A stretch of DNA of 64,000 nucleotides, taken from positions 44,826,001-44,890,000 of the forward strand of contig NC_043008.1 in assembly GCF_006345805.1 (NCBI RefSeq), in the 5' to 3' direction. Source of the DNA: Octopus sinensis. Taxonomy: Eukaryota. Position numbers and translations under genes: made by a program. Below, one piece after another: positions 28,418 to 41,459 of this stretch (its first letter is position 1; each line of letters begins with the position of its first letter). Under the pieces are notes generated by a model. That model was not told where the DNA came from and made no database searches. It saw only the letters and a list, made by a program, of their open reading frames with translations.

Positions 28418-28512
28418 CTGGCTGGTTGGTTGGCTGGTTGGCTGGTTGGTTGGTTGGTTGGTTGGTTGGTTGGTTGTTTGGTTGGTTGGTTGGTTCCTTC
28501 GTTCGTTCGTTC
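28418..28512. repeat. (GGTT/GGCT)n grading into (TTCG)n
   Basis: Directly visible. Confidence 0.9.
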
Positions 28513-28647
28513 GCCCGTTCTCTCCTTAAAATCTCAACTTACGCTTTACATCGTAGAGAGAGGATTGAAGCAGCAGAGGAGAGACACATAACAAAACATG
28601 CAGGAATGATGTCTTACAACTTCCAAGAAGTGCATGTATTTTCTTAG

Positions 28648-28808
28648 CGGTGCTGGTGTGCTTGCGTCCCCGTAACTTAGCGGTTCGGAAGACCGATAGA
28701 ATAAGTACTAGGCTTACAAAGAATAAGTCCTGGGGGATGATTTGCTCGACTAAAGGTGGTGATCCAGCATGGCCGAAGTCAAATGACTGAAACAAATAAA
28801 AGAATAAA
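28648..28808 (+). mobile_element. SINE family B, 3' half
   Basis: CCCCGTAACTTAGCGGTTCGG...CTCGACTAAAGG...GACTGAAACAAATAAAAGA; a similar 3' piece lies at 45848-45985. Confidence 0.85.
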
Positions 28809-29093
28809 ATACCAGATAGGCACTCAATCGATTTCATTACTCTTATATAGATAATATTTATTCTAAATAAAATGTACAAGTAAAAATTTCCATTTCATTT
28901 TGAGGTAATAAATATTTCTCTCTTCAAATTTAGTGTTAAATTCATTACTTCGTAGAAGCACCAAGAGATTTCACAAAATTAGGATTATAATTATTTATGC
29001 ATTCCATTTTTCCTGATCTTATTAGTGGCGGAAAAACAAAGCTTCCGGAATTACGCGATACGTGTCGAGTCAAGAATTATGGCCAAGGGTAGA

Positions 29094-29310
29094 GCGGCGA
29101 ACTGGCAGAATGGTTAGGACGCTGAACAAAATGTTTAGCGTCATTTCGCCCGTCTTCAAGTTCTGAGTTCAAATTTCGTCGATGTTAATTTTGTCTTTCA
29201 ACGTTTCGGGGTCGATATAATAAGCCCCAGATTGAACACTGGGGTCGATGTAATCGACATAAGCTCACTGACCCAGAAATCGCTGGCCTTGTATCACAAT
29301 TCGAAATCAA
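29094..29310 (+). mobile_element. SINE family A, diverged
   Basis: GCGGCGAACTGGCAGAATGGTTAG...GTTCTGAGTTCAAATTTCG...CACTGGGGTCGATGTAATCGAC. Confidence 0.8.
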
Positions 29311-29719
29311 TAATTATGTCCAAGGGAAAAGGTTATCCATTCGTTTACGAGTGAATCACCAAGATTTATCTCACATTTATTCTTATAAATTCAGTTTGCA
29401 TTCATTATTGTGTGCTATATTTAATATCATATTTGATTTGTGTTTCTAAGATATATATACATATATGATTATCAATATACTTGCGTACCCATGTCGTCGA
29501 AAAGGCCGAGTGTGTAATTAATAATTCAGAATTATGCAGAAAACATTAGTAAATATTAGCGATAGAGTAAATAGGCGTACATGTGCTAACACCTCTACTG
29601 AATATATCGAAAGATAGTTCACGTTCTACATAGAAAAAAACAGACACATACTGACTCACACACAATCACACATAAGCTCACGCGTACACAGACATACACA
29701 TACACATACGTATATATAA

Positions 29720-29915
29720 ACGTGACCGCGTGTGTATCGTTGGCGATTTTTTTCCACTGTCCTCCCTTCCTTGGATCTTTCCTTTTCCTATATTTCTGAC
29801 GAAGAGCTCCGCTCGAAAGTTAAATCCTCCTTCTTTCTTTCCTTTCCTGGGCGTCCAATAACACTATATTTGTTCCACATCCTCGCGTTGTGTTGTCATG
29901 TTTGGATTAACTTTA
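29720..29915 (+). mobile_element. (TA)n-associated element with near-intact hammerhead (29792-29825)
   Basis: ATTT-CTGACGA-A-GAGC-TCC-GCTC-GAAA-GTT-AAAT: canonical CUGANGA and GAAA, stems I and II paired. Stem III appears to have lost the C of ACGT. Confidence 0.6.
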
Positions 29916-30444
29916 TATATATATGATCAAATTAAATATATTAAATAAAAAAAACATTAAGCCATTTTCTAGCTTCTACTTGAAATTATATTTTCATATT
30001 TTCTAAACGCCAGACAATGTGTTTCGATTGAATGCTGTTTTCTCGTTTTATTCAGTCACGTGAGAGTTTCTTTGATTTGCATTCTGTTTCTTTTCCGTTT
30101 CGTTAATTTTTCCATATTAAACATTTTCAAAATTGATGCGAAGGAGTGGAAAACAGGAAAATATTAACAAAAGTGAAAAAAAAATGTTTTCATAAACTAT
30201 TAACATAATCGGTTACAAAAATATCTATATTCTCTAACTCTCATTCACTATTACGCTCAAAACCATCACAAATTATATCGTGTGTGGATGTGTGTGGGGG
30301 GCAGTCATATGTTTTCCGTGCGTCGTCTGTATGTGTTTTTGAAGTTAAGAAATTAAATTAAATTTATTTACATTATATAAATTTGACGGATATTTGTCCT
30401 CATCTTGTTTGTTGTTAACACAATGTTTCGGCTGATATATCTTC

Positions 30445-30621
30445 CAGCTAAGAGACAAGGCCAACTGGTGAAGATCAAGCAACTGACAAACACATCTATG
30501 GGATTGAGCCGAGTATTTACTGTAGCCTATCTTCTGTACCAGGACAAACCATGAACACAACACTTCAAATCAGTTAAGAAGAGAAGCCATCAGAGCCACT
30601 GCATGGTACCGCAATAGGGCA
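30445..30621 (-). mobile_element. (TAA)n-embedded element, diverged partial copy
   Basis: Reverse complement matches the first ~180 bp of 35611-36165; abuts (TTA)n at 30622-30827. Confidence 0.75.
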
Positions 30622-30646
30622 TTTATTATTATTATTATTATTATTT

Positions 30647-30710
<64 letters not shown>

Positions 30711-30751
30711 CATTATTATTATTATCATTATTATTATTATTATTATTATTA

Positions 30752-30804
<53 letters not shown>

Positions 30805-31984
30805 TTATTATTATTATTATTATTATTGGACAATAGGCTTTCTGTTACTTAGTTCCTTTTCTTCTCGTCGCGGGTCCAAATATCGTTGCTGAGATCAACT
30901 TTACATTTGTTTCGTATCCTTCTAGAATTGATAGAAAATGTTTCTGCCGAGAATAATTCTTTTCCACCCCTTTACCAACACCCACCCACCCATCTCTTGC
31001 CAAATATGTTACCTCAAATATATGGCCTTATTATTGTTGTTGTTGTTACCGGTGCTGTTTTTATTATTTGTATAATTTGCTTTCGCGCCGATAATAATAC
31101 TCTTACACGCATGGAATGATATTTCACACTTCAACGAATAAATTGCTGATATCTGGAGTAAGAATTCTGAAATGCAAATCTGAAGAAATGGAATATTTTT
31201 CGGAGAAAATATAGAACATCGCTATTTACAATACCCTGTGCATTTCAGCGCAAAACTAGAATTGATCCGCTAGATCTGAGATGAAGGGCCTGATAACTTG
31301 CAAGCAGAGCATCAAAGCAGAATAAAAAAAGTGGTGCGTATAAAAATAAATATAAAATACCTTAAATAAATACCCCAGTTTTCATACAACAAAAAAAGGT
31401 TTTAAAAATGTAGTAGATAGAAAAATGACTTACAAGAATGGAATTTAAGATAAAAAATCCCAATACTAAATGCAATTAACTTTGAATCTCGCCAACGAAC
31501 AAGACTTTACGCAGTGTCTCGACCTATGAGGAGTAAGAGCTAAATCACTGTTATATCGCATATTATTATTTTAAATACTTAAATATATATTGCTTAGTGA
31601 TGTCCCTTGTGCACAATTCTAATAGCGATTATGGTTGAAACGTGTTACATCATATGGCGCTTCAATATTTCGTAACCATTTCTGTCAGGTCTACCAACCG
31701 AATTATTTAACAACAATTGAACTATTTGCCATAATGTTTCAGTTTGATGTATCGTAAAGAAACATTGGAAATTTAGTAATAACTACGTATTAGGATTATT
31801 ACGTACCCTATTGTGCCATGTACCTGTCCCACATCCCCTGTCTTACAATTAAGCATACATATTCAAGTCTGTATTTCAAATATATGTCTATAAAGAGATT
31901 CTTTCTACCATAGGCACAAGGCCTGAAAATTTGGCAGAGTGAAAGCCTAGGTGATTTCATCGACCGCCATTACTCAAGAATAAT

Positions 31985-32156
31985 AGGCGCAGGAGTGGTT
32001 GTGTGGTAAGTAGCTTGCTAACCAACTACATGGTTCTGGGTTCAGTCCCACTGCGTGGCATCTTGGGCAAGTGTCTTCTGCTATAGCCCCGGGCCGACCA
32101 ATGCCTTGTGAGTGGATTTGGTAGACGGAAACTGAAAGAAGCTTGTCGTATATATG

Positions 32157-32193
<37 letters not shown>

Positions 32194-32407
32194 TTGTGTG
32201 TTTGTGTTTGTCCCCCTAGCATTGCTTGACAACCGATGCTGGTGTGTTTACATCCCCGTAACTTAGCGGTTCGGCAAAAGTGACCGATAGAATAAGTACT
32301 GGGCTTACAAAGAATACGTCTCGGGGTCGATTTGCTCGACTAAAGGCGGTGCACCAGTATGGCCGCAGTCAAATGACTGAAACAAGTAAAAGAGAGTAAA
32401 AGAGAGT
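31985..32407 (+). mobile_element. SINE family B, full length, nested in an older minus-strand SINE A (31900-32550)
   Basis: The family A halves at ~31900-31975 and 32408-32550 become continuous once the B copy is removed. Confidence 0.88.
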
Positions 32408-33220
32408 TAGTACTTATTTATCGATCTTGATTGTATGAAAAGCAAAGTCGCCCTCGGCGAAATTTGAACGCACGACGTAAAACCGGAAATACAGCCGCTA
32501 TGTATATACATTCCGATGGATTAATTAAAATGTCTGCTCGTCGTCTTAATGTGTCTATAAAATAACGAAATCTATTTACATGGAGGTAAAAACAATATAC
32601 CTCGAAATAGATACAACGGATATGATTATCTAAAAGAAGATCAATACCTGATAGATTTGTCTAATATTGAACTAATTAATATGATCAAATAAACAAATAT
32701 TTCGTATGTTATGAATTCTATAAAGGAACATCCTTTCCTCTATTTATGCAATTGTAGACTTTTGAAGGTATATTTTCGTCTTTCGAAATGTATTTCATCA
32801 AAACTACAATCTAAATATTTAGCTACTATTTTCATATCATGTGTTGCTAAATTGATATAATTTTCAAAGCCTAATAAATTGATTTGATTAATTAATTGCC
32901 TAATATTTAATTAACAGAACTAGTAATCAGTATTTCAAATAACCTTCTAGGTTCTTTTGTTTTGTCAATATTTTCTCGACAGCAATTACGAGTAATTTTG
33001 ATGTAAATTCATAAATTTAGTTGTAAAGTGAAACGATTTTTCTAAAATTATGAATTTGAAATATAACTTTTTGGCAAAGTATGCAAATATACATGTATAC
33101 ATTCTTACATATATATATATATACATGGGGAGTATATATGCATGTATTTATGTATGTATGTATTTATGTATGTATGTATGTATGTATGTATGTATGTATA
33201 CATAAATTTATGTATATATA

Positions 33221-34075
33221 CAGGGTGCGGTGAATAACCTGTCGCCTAAATTATGCAAAAAGGAAGATAACACTGACACTTCATTTTAACAGATATATTT
33301 ACTAAATTTACATAAAAATATCCGGCATTACTGAAGAGTAAATTTATTAAATAAAATGGCCATTGGCTTCAACCACGATCTCCAGACGAGTTCAGAATCT
33401 CCTGCAACTCTTCTGGACGGTCTCCTTGTTTAACTTGGTGATTGCTGCCATAATCCTTGCCTTCAGCACCCCTTTGGTGTTACCAACAGTTTTGTCGATC
33501 TCTCGCTCAGTTACGCCCCACACATAATAATAATCAAGGGGGTGGCAATTTGGGGAGTTAGGTGGCCGGATGTTAGGGGTGGTGGGATCGCAGAAATAGT
33601 CTGATAGCCATGACTGGATTCTCTTGCTTGTGTGGCATGGTTTAGAGTCTTGTTGCCAGACATATGTCTTCCAGCGGCCACCCCCTTTAACCCAGACCAG
33701 TACTACCTCCTCCATGCATTTGATGTAGGTTTCCGTGTTGTATCTCAAACCGTGTGGGAAGACGAATGGAGGTATGTCACCATCACTAATGATCACTCTA
33801 AACATCAGGCTGTTGACTGGGTGATGTATATTTTTGTTACTCTCGGTACATGTCATCAGATTGCACTGTCCCCAAATTGGCACCCAAACACACTGAAATG
33901 TTCATATTGGAGTTTCTAGTAGGAATGCAAAGCAGGACAGCATGTCGTTTCCAAAGTTCTGGCAGATTCAATTGCGTCACGGTGCTGTTATTCTCACGGA
34001 GGAAGCCCAACTGACCATTCTATACTGTGGTCGACAAAATACAAACAATGGTACCAATTTACCCATCGCACCCTC
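33221..34075 (-). mobile_element. Tc1/mariner superfamily (maT/DD37D-like) transposon, internally deleted, transposase pseudogene
   Basis: TA|CAGGGTGCG... and ...CGCACCCTC|TA imperfect TIRs; ORF 33392-33883 has YVWQQDSKPCHTS and RPPNSPNCHPLDYYYVWG, matching the QQD.AP.H and WPP.SPD.NPLDY motifs. Confidence 0.85.
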
Positions 34076-35495
34076 TATATACGTATTCATCCATATACGT
34101 AAACATACACACAAACACACACACACAAAAACACACACACACAAAAACACACACACACACATATATATATACATATATATTTGATAGCACTACTAACACG
34201 GGAGAATACATTATTGACTTGTAAAGCATTCAATAAACTTTGTGATATGTTATGATTGCATAACAAAATACCGTGGTCCTGCCAGTCATTAATAAGTAAT
34301 TATAAGGAATACTTCAGCACATTGAAAATATAATATGGTTACAAACATACCTGATGGGCAATTCTTGTAGTTGAGTACAAGAATTACTATCCAGATAACT
34401 TCATACATTTTGAACCTGATGAGTTGTCAGTTGGAATCATGACACTTGCAAATATCTATAATATTTGATGCGACGTGTTTCGTTCGACACGACCACAATA
34501 GGTTTTCCCTTAGCAACAAGGCCAGCAATTTGGTGGGAGCAATCTAATCGATACTGTTGAGTTCAGGATAAGAGGATAGCTTATTTTATCGACCCAACGG
34601 AAAGCTATCCTCGTTGCGATTTGAACTCAAAAATATTTAACATGATGAAACATATTAGAGAGTTAACATTTCAACATCTTTTTCTCGTGAACGAAATACA
34701 GAACATAACTAAAATATTTAACATAAAGAAAGAAATGTTATGAGAATCCATAAATATATTTAACAAAATTTTATATAAATGAGATCATTTATAAATGGTG
34801 AAATATGCACGGGTTCCGCTAATTCAATTTTATGTTTCATATTTTATTTCCTTTCTAGATGTATTATGCAGTAAAGCACTGCTTTCGTTAATTTCTATTA
34901 TATGGTTTAATGCCAGAAGGTAGAACACAGATACTTCCCCTATACGCAAACTAGAACATAGTTTATACGTTTAGTAAGAAGGGAAGAGCTGCCGGCAGAG
35001 TTCTTATATTTCCGAACATAAAAGAGTGAGACGAATACGTAAAAGTTGGATTTCAATTCCATTCATATTATGTTGAATGCTATGACATTTGCTCTCAAAT
35101 TTTAAACTATAAATCGCCTGAGTTGTGAGAAGTATTTCATGCAAACATCTTTCTTTTGTCTCTAGCAAAGATTTAAACTCAAATTTTCGTTGTAATATTT
35201 TGGTTTTCTGCGACGGAAGTGCGTATGTTCCTGTCTTCTGGCTATATACTCTAATGCATAACTTAAACGAAAGAATAGTAAACTGGTGTGTTTATTGTAA
35301 TGACCTACTGACGTGTACCGCGAATTCCTTTGCCCTTGGTGTAGGGAGGGCACTCGGCAAGAACAGGAAAGAAAATTGAAAGGAGTAAAACATATCAATA
35401 ATAATGATAATAATAATAGTAATATAATAATATATAATAATAATAATAATATAATAATAATAATAATAACGATAACAATAATAATAATAATAATA

Positions 35496-35532
<37 letters not shown>

Positions 35533-35542
35533 GATAATAATA

Positions 35543-35583
<41 letters not shown>

Positions 35584-35610
35584 TAATAATATAATAATAA
35601 TAATAATAAA

Positions 35611-36165
35611 TGCCCTGATGCAGTACCAGGCAGTGGCTCTCATGGCTTCTGATCTTAACTGATTGGAAGTGTTATCATGTACATTGTTTTGTCTTGGTAT
35701 AAAAGATGGGCTACAGCAAATATTCTGCTCAATACCACAGATTTGCTTGTCAGTTGTTTGACCTTAACCAGTTGAGCATGTCCCTTAGTGGCTGACGATA
35801 TGTGCATCTCTGATCACGAGCAGAAGTAGTGGGGGAGCATCATAGCCATGTGTTGAGAAGGATTCTTTGGGGTTTGAATAATTCACCTCTGGAAACATGG
35901 GTGTTTCGTTCAACGTCCTTAAACAACCCTTATTCAGGGACCTTTTGAGCGGGATGGGTTACTCGATCTGAAGAAAATTCTAACTGGGCTCCACCTGCAA
36001 GGTCATGTGCTGTTTATCTTGATATGAGATCACCATGTCGCGCACCATGGTTGTGATGCATGTGCCTGGTGTACCCTTATCAGACGGGTAGTCATGATGG
36101 GTATACTGGGCTTCGTATATTTTACCCCAGTGTCACTTTGATGGCATGCTCTGCTCGCTCACTCA
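35611..36165 (+). mobile_element. Unclassified 555-bp (TAA)n-embedded element, best copy
   Basis: Starts TGCCCTGATGCAG, ends CTCACTCA, (TAA)n on both sides; no recognisable ORF and no tRNA head. Confidence 0.88.
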
Positions 36166-36168
36166 ATG

Positions 36169-36220
<52 letters not shown>

Positions 36221-36231
36221 TGATACTGATG

Positions 36232-36273
<42 letters not shown>

Positions 36274-36314
36274 TAATAATAATAATAATAACAGTAATAA
36301 AAGCCGTTTTCATA

Positions 36315-36607
36315 CCACATACACCGATTTATACCAGGGGCTACCAAAAGGAACATTGAAGATACAGCAGAGAAGGATGAGACTAGCTGGAGGCTGCATC
36401 AGACATACCAATGAAATTTCTAACAAGCTATTGCTCTGGCAACCAACGCAAGGAAGGAAGAAGGCGACCTGTATCGACAATTTGCTGGGGGCTACTGGTA
36501 TGGAAGGGGGTTACAGGAGCTGAGAACCATTATGGAAGATCGAGATTAATGGGGAAAACGTGTGGAAACAGTCTTGGGTCATCCTATGGGACGACCTAGA
36601 TAGATAG
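36315..36607 (+). mobile_element. RTE-group LINE 3' remnant
   Basis: Translates LYQGLPK..LKIQQRRMRLAGGCIRH.NEISNKLLLWQP.QGR...CIDNLL.ATG...LQELRTIMEDRD*W (RR.RLAGHC.R ... M.DR..W pattern); ends in a short (TAGA)n. Confidence 0.75.
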
Positions 36608-36609
36608 AA

Positions 36610-36689
36610 TGCCCTAACGCCCTTATCAGATGGGTATAAAAAGTGACACTCCAGTGTCACTTTGATGGCATGCACTGCTCTGTCACTCA
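36610..36689 (+). mobile_element. 80-bp mini-derivative of the (TAA)n element retaining both ends
   Basis: TGCCCTAACGC (5' end-like) joined to CCTTATCAGATGGGTATA...CCAGTGTCACTTTGATGGCATGCACTGCTCTGTCACTCA, then (TAA)n. Confidence 0.7.
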
Positions 36690-36692
36690 ATG

Positions 36693-36776
<84 letters not shown>

Positions 36777-37609
36777 CGATTTCAAATCTTGGCATAAGGC
36801 TAATAATTTCGGTGAAGGAGATAAATCGATGACATGTATCCCAGTGATCTTTTGTTATTTATTTTATCGATTCCGAAAGGATGAAAGACTCCGGCGGCAT
36901 TTTTACCCAGAAGGCAAAGTCAGAAGAAATACCGCTAAACAATTTTTCCGGCGCGGCAACCATTTTGCCAGTTCTATTGAATGGTTTAAGATAAACCCAA
37001 ATTCAAATTTATCCGTAGTGGGGTTTTAAACCTCGATGTCCAAAATCTTGATTCAAAAGGCATTTGAATTTGTTGTGGATTTTTCAAGATATACCAGCCA
37101 TTTCATGTCGTTTATAGAAAGCAGTGCTGCTAAATCACTCATTGTACACTGGGTTTTTCTTAAAGCGATTGACAAAGCTTTTTTGTTTTATTTTGTTTTC
37201 TTTTTTGTTTTGTTTTTTGTTTTGTATTTAAAAAATAAATAAACGTATTGAGATATAAATTTGAAAACCTTACGTACTTAAACTCAAATATCATTCAGAT
37301 ATCTGTAACATGACAACAGTGGGCGGTTCAGCAGCTTTTGTTATCACTAAACAGCATTTTCAATGGAAAACACAAGAAGCAACCATTATACTTCACACGA
37401 AATATGTTTCGGCTCAAGTATAACAATTCATTAAGGAGTTGAGAGAGAAACGATAATAAGCGATTAATATTGCAAACAAACGCAATTATATATAATGGCT
37501 GAGTGAAAGAAAATGTTGGCTGTTTATTACGCTGAATACTTAAGCGGTTTGGTAGTTAAAGGTTGGTGTATCTCATTACAATTAATTAATTAATATATAA
37601 GCGGATGTA

Positions 37610-38010
37610 GGCGGTGAGCTGGCAGAAACGTTAGCACGCAGGGCGAAATGCGTAGCCGTATTTCGTCTGCCGTTATGTTCTGAGTTCAAATTACGCCGAG
37701 ATCGACTTTGTCTTTCATCCTTTCGGCGTCGATTAAATAAGTACCAGTTACGCACTGGGGTCAATATAATCGACTTAATCCGTTTGTCTGTCCTTGTTTG
37801 TCCTCTCTGTGTTTAGCCCCTTGTGGGTAGTAAAGAAATAGGTATTTTGTCAGCCGCTACGTTCTGAGTTCAAATTCCGCCCAGGTCGACTTTGCCTTTC
37901 ATCCTTTCGGGGTCGATTAAATAAGTACCACTTACGCACTGGGGTCCATATAATCGACTTAATCTGTTTTTCTGTCCTTGTTTGTCCTCTCTGTGTCCTC
38001 TCTGTATTTA
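37610..38010 (+). mobile_element. SINE family A, dimeric
   Basis: Two tandem near-consensus bodies. Confidence 0.88.
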
Positions 38011-38082
38011 GACTGAAGACGAATATTTAAGCTTAAATATATAGCTATATATAGCTATTTATATTAATATATCAAACATATA

Positions 38083-38459
38083 CACTACCGTCAGAAATTA
38101 ATTAGCACCCTTGATTTGCTCTTCACTCAAGGTATGTGCTGTCACCTAGTGGCCATATCTCGAACTATTGCTTTGTTGCGAGTTCACTGTTGCGCAGAAC
38201 GATGACGTAACTTTGTTTGCAGAGCAGTTTGAGAGTCTACAGCCTTATGATGTTGACATAGCAGTGCAACAACTTGGAGTGCGGATGCAGACAAATCTTC
38301 CTTTGTTTAATAGATATAGGTAGCGCCTCGCAAGGACCGAAATCACACCATACTAAGTTTTCTCATCGCGTAAGACGTTTTGAACAGCTCATAGGTTAAT
38401 TGATTTAACCTATTTAATGTAGAAATTTGAGAAGTGCTAATTAATTTCTGAAGCAAGTG
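38083..38459. mobile_element. Tc1-type MITE
   Basis: TA|CACTaccgTCAGAAATTAATTAGCAC ... GTGCTAATTAATTTCTGAagcaAGTG|TA: 26-bp TIRs with 4 mismatches and a TA target duplication. Confidence 0.88.
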
Positions 38460-39349
38460 TACAGGGTACAAACGAGAGAGAAAATTAAGAGGAGGCGAGG
38501 TAGGTTTTTATAATTCCAAGAGCTGTTTCTGGGGGCTCGGATATTCATCACAATTTTGGTAGATGTAGTTCACCCTAATATGCAGGCTGCAATGGATGCA
38601 AATGAGCATCGGTGAAGTCTAGCCTCCGTCTTTTAACCTTCTCCGTGCCATGGTCTGAGAAGTTAGATTATTTTGTCCCCTAATAACGGAAGCTCGAGGT
38701 ACACAATGTTTATTTCCAAGAAAAAAATTATAAATTAAATGCTTAAACCTCACCCTGGCACAAACCATGTGTGTTATAAACAAAATAAAGTCGTTTTCAC
38801 ATGTGCTTACATCTACAATATTTAAGATAGATTAATAATAGCCAATGTCAAAAGATGTGTATCTTTGAGTCAGTCATAGATTATAACTACTCACTTATTA
38901 GTATGAATAGAATATATTTCATTTTTTGGAAAACTATCTTTGTAGAATTCAATCATTTGTTAACATGTAGAACGATTAGATCAGAAAGATATCAGCGTGA
39001 TCTGATTTTTCGCCGTTTCTTATCTTTGACTTTTTCTTTATTCCACCGAGATTGGCCATGATAAATTATCAGATAACTTAAAGGAAATATTACGAGGCTA
39101 TATATCATCGTGTGCGATTGATAGCAAAAGGTCACACAAAAAAAGAAAACAACAACATACCAGTACACTTCAAAACATTGATAGAAAGATAAATAGATAG
39201 AGAGGTAGACAGATAGATGGAGGGATAGACAGATATATATATAGATAGAGAGAGAGAGACAAACAGATAGAGAGAGGAAGAGATTGATGGAGAGATAGAG
39301 AGAAAGAAACACATGGATTACACGGATAGTTAAGAAGCTGTTTATGTTG

Positions 39350-39407
<58 letters not shown>

Positions 39408-39596
39408 GTACACACATATGTATACATATGTTTGTGTATGTATATATATAAATATATATGTATTTATATATGTATGTATGCATATGGAATACATATATAT
39501 ATATATATCCATACATATGTGTGTATGTATATATATGTGTATTTTCATATACGTATGTATATGTGTATATATATATTATATATTATATATATATTG

Positions 39597-39676
<80 letters not shown>

Positions 39677-40093
39677 ATATGGAACTCAAGAGGAAGCAAT
39701 AATCGCATTGACATTAATACGGTATTTCAAATGGTGTGATACATAACGACTAATTTATTGCGACATGACAGAATTCTGAGACAACCAAAATACATTCTCT
39801 CTATTAAAAATAAAATATTATTATCTTTTTTTACGTCGGATCTACGAAATGCTCGCAACAGACGCTAATATCTACATCTATGCTATCGAGCGCTTTCCAG
39901 GGAGATTTTGGGAATATGTACGTTATACTATAACAACATGTAAACTTTACGTTAGTATTAGCAAATTTAATTCATGGAACTAAATAGACATACACTAGCA
40001 AGTAAACACGTGGTGCCAGAAAAGATAACGTGACTCAGTTACTATTATGAGTTTAATACTTTCAGAGGTTCACCATGTGACATGGTTTTGATT

Positions 40094-40176
<83 letters not shown>

Positions 40177-40178
<2 letters not shown>

Positions 40179-40789
40179 CTCTCCTTTTTTCTCTCCTTGT
40201 TTCTCTCCTTGTTTTTTCTCTCCATTTTCTTTCCCTTTTTCTGTCATCTTTTTCTCACCTTGTTTTTTCTGTGTCCCTTTCTGTAGAAGAGCGTAGGCTC
40301 GAAACGTAAAAGACTTTTTCTATTCATGAACGTTATACTAATACATCTGTTTGTTTCGTACAACACCTGTCTTCGTCTTTTGTTTTTTTCGTAAATTCTC
40401 CCCATATATATATATATATAATCCCTATATATAATCCCTATGTATAGAATCCCTATATATAAACTCTCCCTATATATACATATAACCGCCATGTTGAATC
40501 GCTAGCTTCTGCACGCATTGTTTTCTCTCCTTGTTTCTCTCCGTGTTTCTTTTCTGTGTATCTTTCTGTTGAAGAGCGTAGGCTTGAAACGTAAAAGACA
40601 TGTTTTATTTATATTCCTGAGCGCCATACTAATACAATTGTTTGTTTGTACTCCACCTGCCTTCGTCTTTTGTTTATTTTCATAAAGCTTCCCGTTATAT
40701 ATATATATATAATTGAAATTTATAGAAAAACAAAAAAACAAACACATTTATGAACAAAAAGTAAGTGTATGTTTGACGCTCGGGGAAAA
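40177..40789 (+). mobile_element. Penelope-pLTR-like array: two direct copies (40177-40403, 40518-40696) and an inverted partial copy (40711-40789)
   Basis: Each direct copy carries CTTT-CTGTNGA-A-GAGC-GTAG-GCTY-GAAA-CG-TA-AAAG; the units are separated by (TA)n; the third piece matches the reverse complement of 11920-12005. Confidence 0.72.
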
Positions 40790-41075
40790 TGATATATACA
40801 TACTCACGTAACATAAGGTATAATTATAAACAGAGCAAATTTTAACCTTTTCTCTGTAGACTGAAAATAAAAGATGAACAACCTTAATCGTTGTTCGAAC
40901 CTTACTGGGTTCTTATCAAAGTCATCCACAACACTTTCACAATCTCCAAAGAAACAAGCAGTTAAAGCTATAAATACTCAACTTGCATAGCGAATGTATT
41001 TAACACTATAAATACCAGCGGCCTGTCAACGGGGATCTTAGTCCACCTAGTATCAAGGTAGGATATAATATATAC

Positions 41076-41174
<99 letters not shown>

Positions 41175-41315
41175 TATGTTAAATTAGAGATAAAACCACT
41201 ATTAGGCAAATCAAACAATGAAAAACATAAGCTAATACATAAAATTAATTAATTTATATTATTTTAGATATATATCAAAAGTATTAAAAGTTTAATAAAA
41301 GATAAAGAGTAAAAC

Positions 41316-41381
41316 ACTACGATCGTTTCATGCTGTACAATTCGTAATAATTCGAGTTATGGTTACAGTCAATCTTCAGGT
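41316..41381 (-). ncRNA. Type I hammerhead motif with intact core and weak stem I, inside a (TA)n-flanked element (41170-41409)
   Basis: Minus strand reads AC-CUGAAGA-U-[UGACUGUA...UACAGCA]-U-GAAA-CGAUCG-UA-GU; stem III is the palindrome ACGAUCGU. Confidence 0.62.
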
Positions 41382-41407
41382 TAATTGAAATATCTTAGCG
41401 AGGTTTA

Positions 41408-41459
<52 letters not shown>

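Noticed and set aside
28418-28495. (GGTT)n as a G-quadruplex element
   Set aside because: Only two-G tracts in an ordinary tetranucleotide repeat; no evidence of function.
35611-35665. Short resemblance of the minus strand to U2 snRNA (ATCAGTTAAGATC, CCTGGTACTGCA)
   Set aside because: The matches are short, wrongly spaced, and lack the branch-point pairing region and Sm site.
38515-38552. Hammerhead-like remnant on the minus strand (GTGATGA...GAAACAGCTC)
   Set aside because: Core C3, stem II and the palindrome are all broken; at most a dead relative of the 4388 element.
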